Assembly (NCBI GenBank): GCA_015064445.1
Contig: SVSE01000001.1
Location: 277,789-341,788, forward strand
DNA from: Oscillospiraceae bacterium
Lineage (GTDB): Bacteria > Bacillota > Clostridia > Oscillospirales > CAG-272
DNA length: 64,000 nucleotides
Direction of reading: 5' to 3'
The notes below the pieces were generated by a model. It saw nothing but the letters and a program-made list of their open reading frames with translations, did no database searches and was not told the origin of the DNA. Below are positions 54,616 through 64,000 of this stretch, piece by piece. The position numbers and the translations under genes were made by a program. Within the stretch, counting starts at the first letter, position 1. Each line of letters opens with the position of its first letter.

Positions 54616-54675
54616 TAATTTTTATAATATTTAATTTTTGAATTTAAAAATTCATAAATTCTTAAATTCAATTTT
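54615..54675. repeat. AT-rich TGAATTT/AAATTCA motif cluster (locus D)
   Basis: TGAATTTAAAAATTCA (54639-54654) followed by TAAATTCTTAAATTCAA. It partly overlaps the rqcH stop region. Confidence 0.4.
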
Positions 54676-56419
54676 TCGTTTGCATATCCGCTATTTTCTT
54701 CTCGTTCGGTGTAACATAAGCTGTCCAGTTTATGTGATAAATTACATATCCCGGCTTTGCTCCCGCAGGCTTTTTAACATTCTTTGCAGGAGTGTAATCG
54801 ACACCTATATTATCGCCCTGCGCCTTTGAGTAAAATGCAGCAATCTCAGCAGCCTCGGTAAAGTCGATTTCAGGTGGCTCCTCTCCGTCTGTTTGCATAA
54901 GAACGTGAGAGCCTGGAAGACCCTTAACATGAAACCACCAGTCTGTTTTTGAAGCAAGCTTTGTTGTGATATAGTCGTTTTGCTTATTATTCTTTCCACA
55001 AAGGACCGTATAGCCATTTGTTGTGACAAATTTAAGTGGCTTTGGCGCTTGTGTCTTTGAGACATTATAATTCTTCATTCTCGAAGCATATCCACTATGA
55101 TAAAGCTCATCTCTTATCTCAGAAAGGTCGCTCTCTGTCTCCGCCTTTTCGAGCGCTTCAAAAACCGTGTCGAGATATTCAAGCTCTGCACTTGCAAGCT
55201 CAATTTGCCTTGCAAGCTCTATTTGTGCCTTTTTAGCCTTGTTGTATTTTTTGTAGTATCTTTGAGCATTTTGAGATGGAGAAAGTCGCTCATCAAGCTC
55301 GATTTCAATGCTTGGGCAGGCTTCATCATAATAGTTTATCACGCATACGCTTTTCTGTCCACGCTTGATTTGATAAATGTTGGCAGTAATGAGGTCGCCC
55401 ATGAGCTTCAGCTCCTCGCTTTTAGCGCAATTTAGAAGTTCCTCGCGCTGTAGTGCGATTTTTCTTGTAACTCTATTCTGTGCATTAGTTAGAAGCCTTG
55501 TAATATCGGTTGATTTTTGGCGAATTCGTTCATTTTTACTTTTTTTTGCATAAAAGGCATCAATCAAGGACGAAAAGCTATCAAGCTCCTCAACCTTGTA
55601 TGAGCTACCGTAAAAATCAAGTGGAATATATGAATATTCAACAGGAGTGCCATCAGAGGACGAGGTAAGATATGGCTTGCATCTGCCATTCTTTATAGAT
55701 TCAATTACAGAAAACAGTTTTTTAGCAAGAAGCTCTCTATTGACTTCTCCAAGGGTTGAGTCAATGTCGGATGTGCATTCGTAGCAAATTTGTCTTGCAA
55801 CTGGCAAGGCGATGCCTTGAAGAGCTGATGTAATAAGCTTATCACATTTCATCTCTGCACTTGCATTGAAAATCACACTTTCAAGCTCCTCAAAGGAAAT
55901 TTGCATTGTATCAAGCTTATCCTGCTTTGGCGGAAGCTCATATGTCATTCCGGGAAGAATTTGTCTTTGAGTGCTCGTAGAAAAATCAATTGTTTTAAGT
56001 GCGGAAATTATCCTTTTGGAGCTGTCTGCAAGAATTATATTGCTATATTTGCCCATTATCTCACAAATAAGATATTTCTTTGATTTAAAGCCCATTTCAT
56101 CATAGGCCTCAAATTCAAGCTCACAAGCGCGCTCGTATCCGTATTGAGTTGCTTGGAGAAGCTTGGCACCTCCAAGATGCTTTCTTAACAGCATACAAAA
56201 CATAGGTGCTTTTATTGGATTTTCAGTCTTCGATGATGTAAAATTCATCCTTGGATAATTCGAGCCTGCATTAATTAAAAGCTTGTAGCTTTCTCTACCT
56301 GCATGTAGTAATATTACAAGCTCATCATTGACAGGCTGATATACCTTTTCAACCTTACATACTCCAAGAGCATTTATCTCATCGACAACCAAACGAAGAA
56401 TACCTGCATCGTATGCCAT
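54668..56419 (-). CDS. rqcH: Ribosome quality control protein RqcH (Rqc2/NEMF homologue, FbpA-like)
   Basis: 583 aa from MAYDAGILRLVVDEI (NFACT-N), with a central coiled coil and the NFACT-R motif DWWFHVKGLPGSHVLM. The start at 56419 has an AGGAAG RBS. Confidence 0.85.
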   Translation of the reverse strand: MAYDAGILRLVVDEINALGVCKVEKVYQPVNDELVILLHAGRESYKLLINAGSNYPRMNFTSSKTENPIKAPMFCMLLRKHLGGAKLLQATQYGYERACELEFEAYDEMGFKSKKYLICEIMGKYSNIILADSSKRIISALKTIDFSTSTQRQILPGMTYELPPKQDKLDTMQISFEELESVIFNASAEMKCDKLITSALQGIALPVARQICYECTSDIDSTLGEVNRELLAKKLFSVIESIKNGRCKPYLTSSSDGTPVEYSYIPLDFYGSSYKVEELDSFSSLIDAFYAKKSKNERIRQKSTDITRLLTNAQNRVTRKIALQREELLNCAKSEELKLMGDLITANIYQIKRGQKSVCVINYYDEACPSIEIELDERLSPSQNAQRYYKKYNKAKKAQIELARQIELASAELEYLDTVFEALEKAETESDLSEIRDELYHSGYASRMKNYNVSKTQAPKPLKFVTTNGYTVLCGKNNKQNDYITTKLASKTDWWFHVKGLPGSHVLMQTDGEEPPEIDFTEAAEIAAFYSKAQGDNIGVDYTPAKNVKKPAGAKPGYVIYHINWTAYVTPNEKKIADMQTKN

Positions 56420-56598
56420 TTTCTCTTCCTTTCGCAAAACATCAAATTACAATACCTATTTTACTACAAAAAAGCACCTAAGTCAAATATTTTTATAATA
56501 TTTTATAAAATATTGTGGAAATTCCGTTTCATTTATGTTATACTAAACTGAACACTTATGGCATTTTAGTGCCAAATACCCCTATGGAAGGATTAAAA

Positions 56599-58971
56599 AT
56601 GATTACATATAACGAAGTATGCGAAAAATATACATTACCTCTTTTGCCTATGCGTGGAGTGATTGCATTCCCTGGAGTTTCACTCAGCTTTGAGGTTGCG
56701 CGTTCATTTTCGAAGACCGCGCTTGAAACTGCGCAAAAGCTTGGCTCGTTCATCTTCCTTGTAGCTCAAAAGGACCAAAACGAGGAGGAAAAGATAATTT
56801 CCAACATTGAAAATGTTGGCGTTATTGCAAAAATCAAGCAGGTTATTGCATCAAGCGATGGCAACTTAAAGGCTGTTGTTGAGGGCGTTGCACGTGCTGA
56901 GCTCGTTGAAATTTCAAGAGCATCGGGCTATTACATTGCCGACATTTCAAAGAAAAGCATTGAGGTTGAGGGCTATTCTGAAGCAAAAAAGGAAGCGCTT
57001 TTGCGTTCTATTAAGGCGAAGGCAAGCTCCATTGTTTCAATGTTCCCTACTCCATCAAAGGAGTTTATTTCAAAAATTACTCTTTCAGAGGACATAGCTT
57101 TTCTTTGCGACTTTATCGCATCTAATCTCTTGGTTAAGCTTGAGGACAAGCAGGCTGTTCTTGACGAGTTTGATCCTTATAAGAGAGCTGAGGTGCTTGT
57201 TAAAATTCTTTCAGCCGAGGCAAAGATAATCAAGCTTGAGGCTGCAATTCAAAAGAAAACAAAGGAAAAAATCGACGAAAGTCAAAGAGACTACTACTTG
57301 CGTGAGCAATTAAAGGTAATTCAAAGCGAGCTTGGTAACGATACACAAAGCGATTCCGAGGAAATTTATGATGAAATCATATCTAAGAAGTTTCCAAAGG
57401 AGGTTGAGGACAAGCTTTTGAAGGAGCTTTACAAGTTTAACAAGGCTCCGTTTGGTACTCCCGAATCGACTGTTTTGCGTGCTTATCTTGAAACCTGTCT
57501 TGAAATTCCTTTTAACAAATACACAAAAGATGCAACCGATGTAAGCGTTGCAAGAAAGGTGCTTGATGATGACCACTATGGTCTTCAAAAGGTAAAGGAA
57601 AGAATTCTTGAATTTATTGCTGTCAAGGAATTGAATCCTGAAATTAAAAATCAAATAATATGTCTTGTAGGCCCTCCAGGTGTTGGAAAGACCTCTCTTT
57701 GCTCGTCCATTGCTCGCGCGCTTAAGCGCAAGTATGTGCGTGTTTCTCTTGGTGGCATAAGAGATGAGGCTGACATTCGTGGACACAGAAAAACATATGT
57801 AGGTGCTATGCCAGGACGAATTATAAATGCTTTAATTGAGTGTCAGAGTGCAAATCCACTTATGGTTCTTGATGAAATTGATAAAATGGCATCAGATTCT
57901 CGTGGAGACCCTGCCTCTGCTATGCTTGAGGTTCTTGACGGAGAGCAAAATAAGGCATTTAGAGACCATTTTGTCGAGATGAGCGTTGACCTCTCGCATT
58001 GTATGTTCATTGCGACTGCAAACTCGCTTGATGGAATTCCCAAGCCTCTCATCGATAGAATGGAAATAATTGAGCTTTCCTCTTATACAAAGGTTGAAAA
58101 GCTTAATATCGCTAAAAATCACTTAATTCCAAAGCAAATTAAAAGGCACGGTCTTACAAAGCGCTCATTTAAGCTTTCTGATTCTGCTATTTTAGAAATA
58201 ATCGACTCCTATACTGCCGAGGCTGGAGTTAGAAATCTCGAGCGCGAAATTGCTTCTCTTTGTCGCAAGGCTGCGAAGCAGATTATCGAGGACGGAGCTA
58301 AAACAGTAAGTATAACTACTAAAAATCTTGGCAAGCTTCTCGGTGCGAAGAAATTCGAGGCTGAAAAGATTGATGAATATAATCAAGTTGGCGTGGTTAA
58401 CGGTATGGCTTACACCTCTATTGGTGGAGATTTACTCAAAATCGAGGCATCTGTTATGAAGGGAACTGGAAAAATCCAGCTTACAGGTCAGCTTGGCGAG
58501 GTTATGAAAGAATCTGCCGAGATTGCTATAAGCTATATACGCGAAAATGCCGAAAAGCTTGGGATTGACCCTGATTTCTATTCAAAAATGGACATTCATA
58601 TTCACGCACCAGAGGGAGCGATTCCAAAGGACGGACCAAGCGCAGGTGTTACTATGACCACTGCCCTTGTAAGTATTCTTTCTGCGCGCCCTGTAAGACG
58701 CGATATTGCTATGACAGGCGAGATAACCTTGCGTGGCAAGGTGCTTCCTATCGGTGGTCTTCGTGAAAAGACTCTTGCTGCATATTCGGCAGGAGTTAAA
58801 ACAATACTTATTCCTGAGAAAAACATCAAGAATTTAGAGGAAATCGAGCCTATTGTCAAGGAAAATGTAAAATTTGTTCCCTGCAAGACTCTTGATGATA
58901 TCTTTAAGGTTGCATTTGCTGGCGATGAGATTATTACAACCTTTATTGGACACTATGCAACAAATAGGTGA
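56599..58971 (+). CDS. lon: ATP-dependent Lon protease (LonA)
   Basis: 790 aa from MITYNEV after a GGAAGGA RBS. It has an LPLLPMRGVIAFPG LON domain, Walker A GPPGVGKTS, catalytic PKDGPSAGV, and MTGEITLRGKVLPIGG. Confidence 0.96.
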   Translation: MITYNEVCEKYTLPLLPMRGVIAFPGVSLSFEVARSFSKTALETAQKLGSFIFLVAQKDQNEEEKIISNIENVGVIAKIKQVIASSDGNLKAVVEGVARAELVEISRASGYYIADISKKSIEVEGYSEAKKEALLRSIKAKASSIVSMFPTPSKEFISKITLSEDIAFLCDFIASNLLVKLEDKQAVLDEFDPYKRAEVLVKILSAEAKIIKLEAAIQKKTKEKIDESQRDYYLREQLKVIQSELGNDTQSDSEEIYDEIISKKFPKEVEDKLLKELYKFNKAPFGTPESTVLRAYLETCLEIPFNKYTKDATDVSVARKVLDDDHYGLQKVKERILEFIAVKELNPEIKNQIICLVGPPGVGKTSLCSSIARALKRKYVRVSLGGIRDEADIRGHRKTYVGAMPGRIINALIECQSANPLMVLDEIDKMASDSRGDPASAMLEVLDGEQNKAFRDHFVEMSVDLSHCMFIATANSLDGIPKPLIDRMEIIELSSYTKVEKLNIAKNHLIPKQIKRHGLTKRSFKLSDSAILEIIDSYTAEAGVRNLEREIASLCRKAAKQIIEDGAKTVSITTKNLGKLLGAKKFEAEKIDEYNQVGVVNGMAYTSIGGDLLKIEASVMKGTGKIQLTGQLGEVMKESAEIAISYIRENAEKLGIDPDFYSKMDIHIHAPEGAIPKDGPSAGVTMTTALVSILSARPVRRDIAMTGEITLRGKVLPIGGLREKTLAAYSAGVKTILIPEKNIKNLEEIEPIVKENVKFVPCKTLDDIFKVAFAGDEIITTFIGHYATNR

Positions 58972-58976
58972 TTTAA

Positions 58977-59576
58977 ATGAAAATTAACACAAATAATGTT
59001 TCTCTTAAAATAAGTGCTGGAAAGCCATCACAATTTTTGAAAAATCCCATACCTCAAATTGCATTTTCGGGACGTTCAAATGTTGGAAAAAGTTCTCTTA
59101 TCAACACTCTTTTGGGAAGAAAATCCCTCGCACGCGTAAGTAGCGCGCCTGGCAAGACTATAACAGTCAATTTTTACGATGTTGACTCGAAGCTTTTCTT
59201 GGTGGATTTGCCTGGCTATGGCTATGCAAAGCGCACAGCACAGGAGCAGCTTATTTGGTCAAGCCTTGTTGACGGATATTTTACTAAAAATCCAAATATC
59301 GACCTTTTGAGGTTGGTTGTTCAGCTTGTGGATTCAAGAATTGGATATACCAAGGACGACCTTGATATGATTTCGTTTATGAACGAGATGGATATTCCTT
59401 ATGTAATAGTGGCTACAAAAACAGATAAGCTTAACAAAACGGAACGCAAAAAGTCTGTTGAAGCGCTTATTACAAACCCAGTATTAAGACCAGAAACCAC
59501 AATTATTCTCTTTTCATCAGAAACTCGTGAGGGAAAAGAGGATCTTTGGAAGGAAATTTTTAGATACGCTGAATAA
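58977..59576 (+). CDS. engB: Ribosome biogenesis GTPase YsxC/EngB
   Basis: 199 aa with G1 GRSNVGKSSLIN, G3 DLPGYGYA and G4 ATKTDK. Conserved lon-ysxC synteny. Confidence 0.92.
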   Translation: MKINTNNVSLKISAGKPSQFLKNPIPQIAFSGRSNVGKSSLINTLLGRKSLARVSSAPGKTITVNFYDVDSKLFLVDLPGYGYAKRTAQEQLIWSSLVDGYFTKNPNIDLLRLVVQLVDSRIGYTKDDLDMISFMNEMDIPYVIVATKTDKLNKTERKKSVEALITNPVLRPETTIILFSSETREGKEDLWKEIFRYAE

Positions 59577-59577
59577 A

Positions 59578-60249
59578 ATGGATAAAATAATTGAACTACT
59601 TATATCAGTGCCGATCATTTTGATTGCGCTGACCTTTCACGAATGTGCCCATGGCTTCATTGCATATAAATTGGGAGATCCCACTGCAAGGAATCTTGGA
59701 AGACTAACGCTTAATCCAATTAAGCATATAGACATAGTAGGCGCTATTTGTATGCTCTTTTTCAGATTTGGTTGGGCAAAGCCTGTTCCTATCAATTCGA
59801 GGTTTTTCAAAAAGCCGAAAAGAGATATTGCACTAAGCGCGCTTGCAGGTCCTGTCGCAAATCTTTTGCTCGGATTTATAGGTTGCTTGATTTATTCGAT
59901 ATCTCTTCGTATTTTTTCAAGCATAGCCTTTACTGAAACAAATTTCGCATTTTGGCTTTATTATGCTTGGAGTCTTTTTGTATTCAACTTTGCTTGGCTT
60001 AATATTGCTCTTGCGATTTTCAATCTAATACCATTGCCACCACTTGATGGCTCACGAATTTTCTATATTTTCTTGCCAGAAAAGGCGTATTTCAAGGTTA
60101 TGAAATATGAAAGAGAAATTGCCGCGGGCTTTTTCATACTTCTCTTTTTGGATTCAAGATTTTTGGGTGGCTATATAACAGGTGGACTTTCATTTGTTGT
60201 AAATTTCATTTTCAACGCAATGATGTCATTATTCTCACTTATCTTCTGA
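59578..60249 (+). CDS. Site-2 protease family (M50) zinc metallopeptidase
   Basis: 223 aa from MDKIIELL, with HECAHG (HExxH) in TM1 and NLIPLPPLDG. The ATG lies 1 nt after the ysxC stop. Confidence 0.85.
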   Translation: MDKIIELLISVPIILIALTFHECAHGFIAYKLGDPTARNLGRLTLNPIKHIDIVGAICMLFFRFGWAKPVPINSRFFKKPKRDIALSALAGPVANLLLGFIGCLIYSISLRIFSSIAFTETNFAFWLYYAWSLFVFNFAWLNIALAIFNLIPLPPLDGSRIFYIFLPEKAYFKVMKYEREIAAGFFILLFLDSRFLGGYITGGLSFVVNFIFNAMMSLFSLIF

Positions 60250-60256
60250 GGTTAAA

Positions 60257-61105
60257 ATGGAACAAAATCAAATCAACACTGAAATTGACGAGCTTGAGGA
60301 AGAGCTTAACTCTGACGAAATCATTTATATTCTTGATGAGTTTAGAGGACCTCTATCTGTTCTACTAACGCTCGTTACAAAGAATAAAATGGATATCAAA
60401 GATATCCAAATATCAGTTCTTTGCGATCAATATATGCAATATATCGAGGATATGCAATCTATGAATATCGAGCTTGCTGCCGAGTTTATAGTTATGGCAT
60501 CTCACCTTATGCACATTAAGAGCAAGATTCTTTTGCCAAGGCCCTCTGAGGATGAGGAGGACCCACGAGAGGCGCTTGCCCGTGCCCTTATGCTTCAAGC
60601 TGAGTACGAGCGTGCAAAGGAAGCCTCACAGGAGCTTAATGCTATGTTCACTCAATTTAGCGGACGCTTCGTGAAGGATACTGATGAAATCTCTGCTGAC
60701 CGCTCTTATGTTGCAGAGCACGATGTAAACCTACTTTCTGCCGCTGTTATGAAGGTTATGAACACAATTCGTGTTCAGGATGAGGAAATTGCCTCTGAAA
60801 AAATAAAGCCTCTTATCAGCACAAGAACAGTTTCTGTTTCGGAAAGAGTTTATTACATATTGAGGCTTTTGCTTGAAAAGAACGGCAGAATAAATGCCCT
60901 TGAATGCTTTGTTGATAATAGAACAAGGCACGAGGTGGTTGCTACATTTATGGCCATTTTGGAAATGCTTAAGGCAGGACGAATATCCATTATGGAGGAT
61001 GTAGATGCGATACAAAGGGATGGCGTTATTGACCTTGGAGATAATATTTATTTAAAGCTTTATCCCGGAAAAATCAGGAATGCTGAGGAAGAAAATAATG
61101 GATAA
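60257..61105 (+). CDS. scpA: Segregation and condensation protein A
   Basis: 282 aa with EFRGPLSVLLTLVTKNKMDIKDIQISVLCDQY and a C-terminal winged helix (VVATFMAILEMLK). Confidence 0.9.
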   Translation: MEQNQINTEIDELEEELNSDEIIYILDEFRGPLSVLLTLVTKNKMDIKDIQISVLCDQYMQYIEDMQSMNIELAAEFIVMASHLMHIKSKILLPRPSEDEEDPREALARALMLQAEYERAKEASQELNAMFTQFSGRFVKDTDEISADRSYVAEHDVNLLSAAVMKVMNTIRVQDEEIASEKIKPLISTRTVSVSERVYYILRLLLEKNGRINALECFVDNRTRHEVVATFMAILEMLKAGRISIMEDVDAIQRDGVIDLGDNIYLKLYPGKIRNAEEENNG

Positions 61106-61745
61106 TATTCAAAACAATGAAGAAATAAAGCAAATAGACAGCAAAAACCTTGAAAAAGCGATTGAGGCTATTCTCTTCGCCGCAGGACATCCTGTTACAT
61201 ATGCAAAGCTTGCTGAGGTGCTTGGATATTTTGAGGCGACCATTAAGAAAAAGGTTATTGCATTTGCTGAGAAGTACAATGATAACGAAAGAAGAGGCAT
61301 TATGCTTCTTGCGTTTGAAAATTCCTGTCAGCTTTGTACAAGAGAGGAATTTTTGCCATACATAAAGGCTACCTTGGGCATAAGAAAGGGTGGAAATCTT
61401 TCTGGCTCTTCTCTTGAGGTGCTTGCAATCATTGCATATAACCAGCCAACTACAAGAGCCTTTGTTGACGAAGTAAGAGGCGTCGATAGCTCATATATTA
61501 TGGGAAGTCTTCTTGAAAAAAATCTCATAGAGATTTGTGGAAGACTTGATGTTCCTGGCAGACCTAATCTTTACAGAACAACACCTACATTTTTAAGATG
61601 CTTTGGAATTGAAACTCTTGAACAGCTCCCTTATGTTGAAATTCAGAGAGCTGAAAACGAGGGCGAAATTATTCCTCTTGACATAGAATTTATGCCAGCC
61701 GAGGATTCCCAATTGCCAAACGAGGAGCAAAGCGACGGCCTTTAA
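61098..61745 (+). CDS. scpB: Segregation and condensation protein B
   Basis: 215 aa from MDNIQNN, with AIEAILFAAGHPV, SLEVLAIIAYNQPTTRAFVDEVRGVDS and GRPNLYRTT. It overlaps the scpA end by 8 nt. Confidence 0.9.
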   Translation: MDNIQNNEEIKQIDSKNLEKAIEAILFAAGHPVTYAKLAEVLGYFEATIKKKVIAFAEKYNDNERRGIMLLAFENSCQLCTREEFLPYIKATLGIRKGGNLSGSSLEVLAIIAYNQPTTRAFVDEVRGVDSSYIMGSLLEKNLIEICGRLDVPGRPNLYRTTPTFLRCFGIETLEQLPYVEIQRAENEGEIIPLDIEFMPAEDSQLPNEEQSDGL

Positions 61746-61762
61746 GAATGAAGGGGAGTTTT

Positions 61763-62398
61763 ATGCGTGTTATTGCAATTTTGGGGACAATTTTAAGCAT
61801 AATCATCTTAATTATTGCGTTTGTTCTCTCTATTCGCATACGAGTTATTATATCCTTTAAGGACGGAAGGCTCACGGCACATAAAAAAATCCTTTTTCTG
61901 AAGCTTCAAGCTTATCCAAAAGCAAAAAAATACAAGAAAAAATCCAAATTAAAGAAAACCACCGATCAAATAATCGATAGCGAAGATCCAAGACAAATTT
62001 TGAAAATGATTATCTCCCTAAGAGAATTCATTTTAAAGGTTTTGCTTGACCTGCTTGATAAGATAAAAATAACAGTAATAAAAATCAGCGCATCTGTTGG
62101 CACAAAAAATGCGACCACAACTGCTCTTGTCGGCTCAGCTTTTCTTCAATGTGCTGCATATTTCGTTGAATTTTTGGACAATTATTCTAATATAGAATTG
62201 TCTGATGTCTCAGGCATTGATATTCAACCTGATTTTTTATCACAAAAATTACAGGTCCAAGGCGAGCTTGTTTTTTACATTCGAGTCGTTAATGCTCTAT
62301 TTTTAAGATTAGATACGCTTATCACGCTATTAAAAATCGATAGCATTGAGGAAGTTTTATCGGAGGTTATAAATAATGGAACAATCGAGACAAAGTGA
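61763..62398 (+). CDS. ytfI: DUF2953-family sporulation membrane protein (YtfI-like)
   Basis: It has one N-terminal TM helix (MRVIAILGTILSIIILIIAFVL), and its position upstream of ytfJ matches B. subtilis. An alternative ATG at 61748 is possible. Confidence 0.6.
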   Translation: MRVIAILGTILSIIILIIAFVLSIRIRVIISFKDGRLTAHKKILFLKLQAYPKAKKYKKKSKLKKTTDQIIDSEDPRQILKMIISLREFILKVLLDLLDKIKITVIKISASVGTKNATTTALVGSAFLQCAAYFVEFLDNYSNIELSDVSGIDIQPDFLSQKLQVQGELVFYIRVVNALFLRLDTLITLLKIDSIEEVLSEVINNGTIETK

Positions 62399-62783
62399 AA
62401 TCATCAAATCTGCTCTTGAAAATGTTAAGAGCATAATTGATGCTAACACTGTTACCGGTACTCCTATCAATACTGAAGGTGGCACTGTCATCATTCCTAT
62501 TTCAAAGGTATTTGTAGGAATGACCTCCGGTGGAGTTGATTATTTTGGGAAAAGGAACTCCTCTGTAAAAAATTTCGGCGGTGGTGGCGGAACAGGTGTT
62601 ACTGTTTCTCCTGTCGGATTTTTGGTGGTTAGTAGAAATGGTAATGTTGATTTTATTAGCGTTGAGGGCTCAAGGGACCCATTTGCAAGGCTTGTCGACC
62701 TTGTAGAGGACACGCCTGAAATTTTCGAAAAAATCAAGAAGCTTTTTGCAAATAAGGAAGAAGCATCTTCAATCGACAAATAA
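62376..62783 (+). CDS. ytfJ: GerW-family sporulation protein YtfJ
   Basis: 135 aa with IIPISKVFVGMTSGG..FGGGGGTGVTVSPVGFLVVS, the hallmark Gly-rich core. GGAGG RBS. Confidence 0.85.
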   Translation: MEQSRQSEIIKSALENVKSIIDANTVTGTPINTEGGTVIIPISKVFVGMTSGGVDYFGKRNSSVKNFGGGGGTGVTVSPVGFLVVSRNGNVDFISVEGSRDPFARLVDLVEDTPEIFEKIKKLFANKEEASSIDK

Positions 62784-62846
62784 AACCACAATAAAAAAAG
62801 AATTTTTAAGCATAATATTCTTGATGATATTTGTTAGGGAGATTTT

Positions 62847-63962
62847 ATGCTTAAAAAACTTTTATTTTGTATTTCGCTTCTCTTTTCATTAGCTTTCCTT
62901 TGTATGCAGGCGTGCGCATTAGAGGTTTCTGCCAAAAATGCGGTGCTAATAGAATACGAAAGCGGAGATATTATATTTTCAAAAAATTCATCTTGTCGAG
63001 CGCCTATGGCGAGCACGACAAAAATAATGACAGCTATTGTTGCAATAGAAAATGGCGACCTTGACAAAAGGATTAAAATCCCCTCTGAGGCTATCGGTGT
63101 TGAGGGCTCGTCAATTTATCTACAGGATGGTGAGGAGCTCACTCTAAGAGAACTACTCTATGCCCTTCTTTTAGAGAGTGCAAACGATGCGAGTGTCGCA
63201 ATTGCAATAGAAATTGCTGGAAGCGTCGAAAAATTCGCCGAAATGATGAACGATAAAGCGCGCGAGCTTGGGCTTGAGGACACGAATTTCACAAATCCAC
63301 ACGGACTTGATGACGAAAGCCATTACACAACTGCCTACGACCTTGCAAGAATCGCGCGATATGCCATGCAAAATCCCTGCTTTTGCGAAATTGTATCAAC
63401 AAAAAAGGAAATTATTCCATCACTTGATGGTCAAAGGGTTCTCATAAATCATAATAAGCTTTTGAAAAGCTTCGAAGGCGCTATCGGCATTAAGACTGGC
63501 TTTACAAAAAAGAGTGGGCGTTGTCTTGTTTCGTGTGCAGAGCGAGATGGTGTTAGGCTTATTGCTGTTACGCTTAACGCTCCAAGCGATTGGAACGACC
63601 ACGCAATTATGCTTGGACATGGATTTAATGAATACGAGCATTTGAGCTTAGCCGATGTTGGCGACTATGTCCTTTCTCTACACTGCGTTAACGGACGCAA
63701 GGACGAGATTATTTGTGGAAATCTATCTGCTCTTGGAATAACCTTGAAAAAGGGGCTTTCTGAGCAAATAAGCGCTCGATTTGAGTGCGAAAGATTTCTT
63801 TTTGCACCTATAAAGCAAGGCACTCGCGTTGGCAGAATTGTTTATTCTATAAATGGCGACGAGATTGCATCACTTGACATATGCGCACTTGAAAGGGTGT
63901 TGCCTATTCAAAATAAAAAATCTATTTTTGAAAGAATTTTTAAACGACATGGAAAAAATTAG
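62847..63962 (+). CDS. D-alanyl-D-alanine carboxypeptidase (S11 penicillin-binding protein, DacB/DacF-like)
   Basis: It has a signal peptide, SxxK (MASTTKIM), SxN (ESANDAS), KTG (IKTGFT) and a C-terminal PBP5-like beta domain. Confidence 0.9.
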   Translation: MLKKLLFCISLLFSLAFLCMQACALEVSAKNAVLIEYESGDIIFSKNSSCRAPMASTTKIMTAIVAIENGDLDKRIKIPSEAIGVEGSSIYLQDGEELTLRELLYALLLESANDASVAIAIEIAGSVEKFAEMMNDKARELGLEDTNFTNPHGLDDESHYTTAYDLARIARYAMQNPCFCEIVSTKKEIIPSLDGQRVLINHNKLLKSFEGAIGIKTGFTKKSGRCLVSCAERDGVRLIAVTLNAPSDWNDHAIMLGHGFNEYEHLSLADVGDYVLSLHCVNGRKDEIICGNLSALGITLKKGLSEQISARFECERFLFAPIKQGTRVGRIVYSINGDEIASLDICALERVLPIQNKKSIFERIFKRHGKN

Positions 63963-64000
63963 ACTTCAAAAGTTTTTCACAGAAAACAACATTATGTCTC
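63949..64000 (+). CDS. Probable pseudouridine synthase (RluB/RsuA type), first 17 codons only
   Basis: MEKIRLQKFFTENNIMS matches the S4-domain start (.RLQK.l...G..SRR) of RluB. rluB follows the scpAB-dacB region in Bacillus. The sequence is truncated by the window edge. Confidence 0.4.
   Translation, partial: MEKIRLQKFFTENNIMS

Noticed and set aside
56420-56598. Possible heat-shock operator (CIRCE or CtsR box) upstream of lon
   Set aside because: Only a short inverted repeat TGGCA-N6-TGCCA and a single AGTCAAA half-site are present. Neither the TTAGCACTC-N9-GAGTGCTAA nor the tandem GGTCAAA consensus is there.

Overview
This is an AT-rich, low-GC Firmicutes segment of Clostridia type (GC not computed). 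The organism is evidently an endospore former: dpaA/dpaB, gpr, ytfI/ytfJ, a dacB-like gene, a SigH-like sigma factor and a candidate sigma-K promoter are all present. About 60 tightly packed protein genes sit on both strands. Most are core housekeeping: recJ (5' fragment), cdaA, rpmB, secA, trmL, trmB, polA, ispE, guaB, eno, dnaX-ybaB-recR, rlmB, mecA, rqcH, lon-ysxC and scpA-scpB. There is also a carbohydrate block (GH3 beta-glucosidase, GHL6-like hydrolase, fucI, a sugar nucleotidyltransferase) and a thiamine salvage pair (thiN, thiT). RNA and regulatory features I can support are one tRNA(CAT), a large Bacillus-type SRP RNA directly upstream of dnaX, one TPP riboswitch with a terminator upstream of thiT, many rho-independent terminators, and several near-consensus sigma-A promoters. 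I see no rRNA, CRISPR array, transposase, integrase, prophage or recognisable defence genes. I found no clear-cut novel multi-gene system. The best second-look candidates are: (1) a degenerate P-type-ATPase-like membrane protein in one operon with rlmB and the uncharacterised TIGR03960/TIGR03936 radical-SAM pair; (2) two apparently paralogous polytopic membrane proteins translationally coupled to secA; (3) an ATGA-coupled VTC (CYTH-like) plus DUF4956 pair; (4) a MutS domain-V-only ATPase; (5) a cdaA operon with a mini YbbR-like partner and an FAD protein where glmM is usually found; (6) a recurring TGAATTT/AAATTCA motif cluster in four 3' intergenic spacers. All family names come from by-eye motif recognition, and no searches were run.
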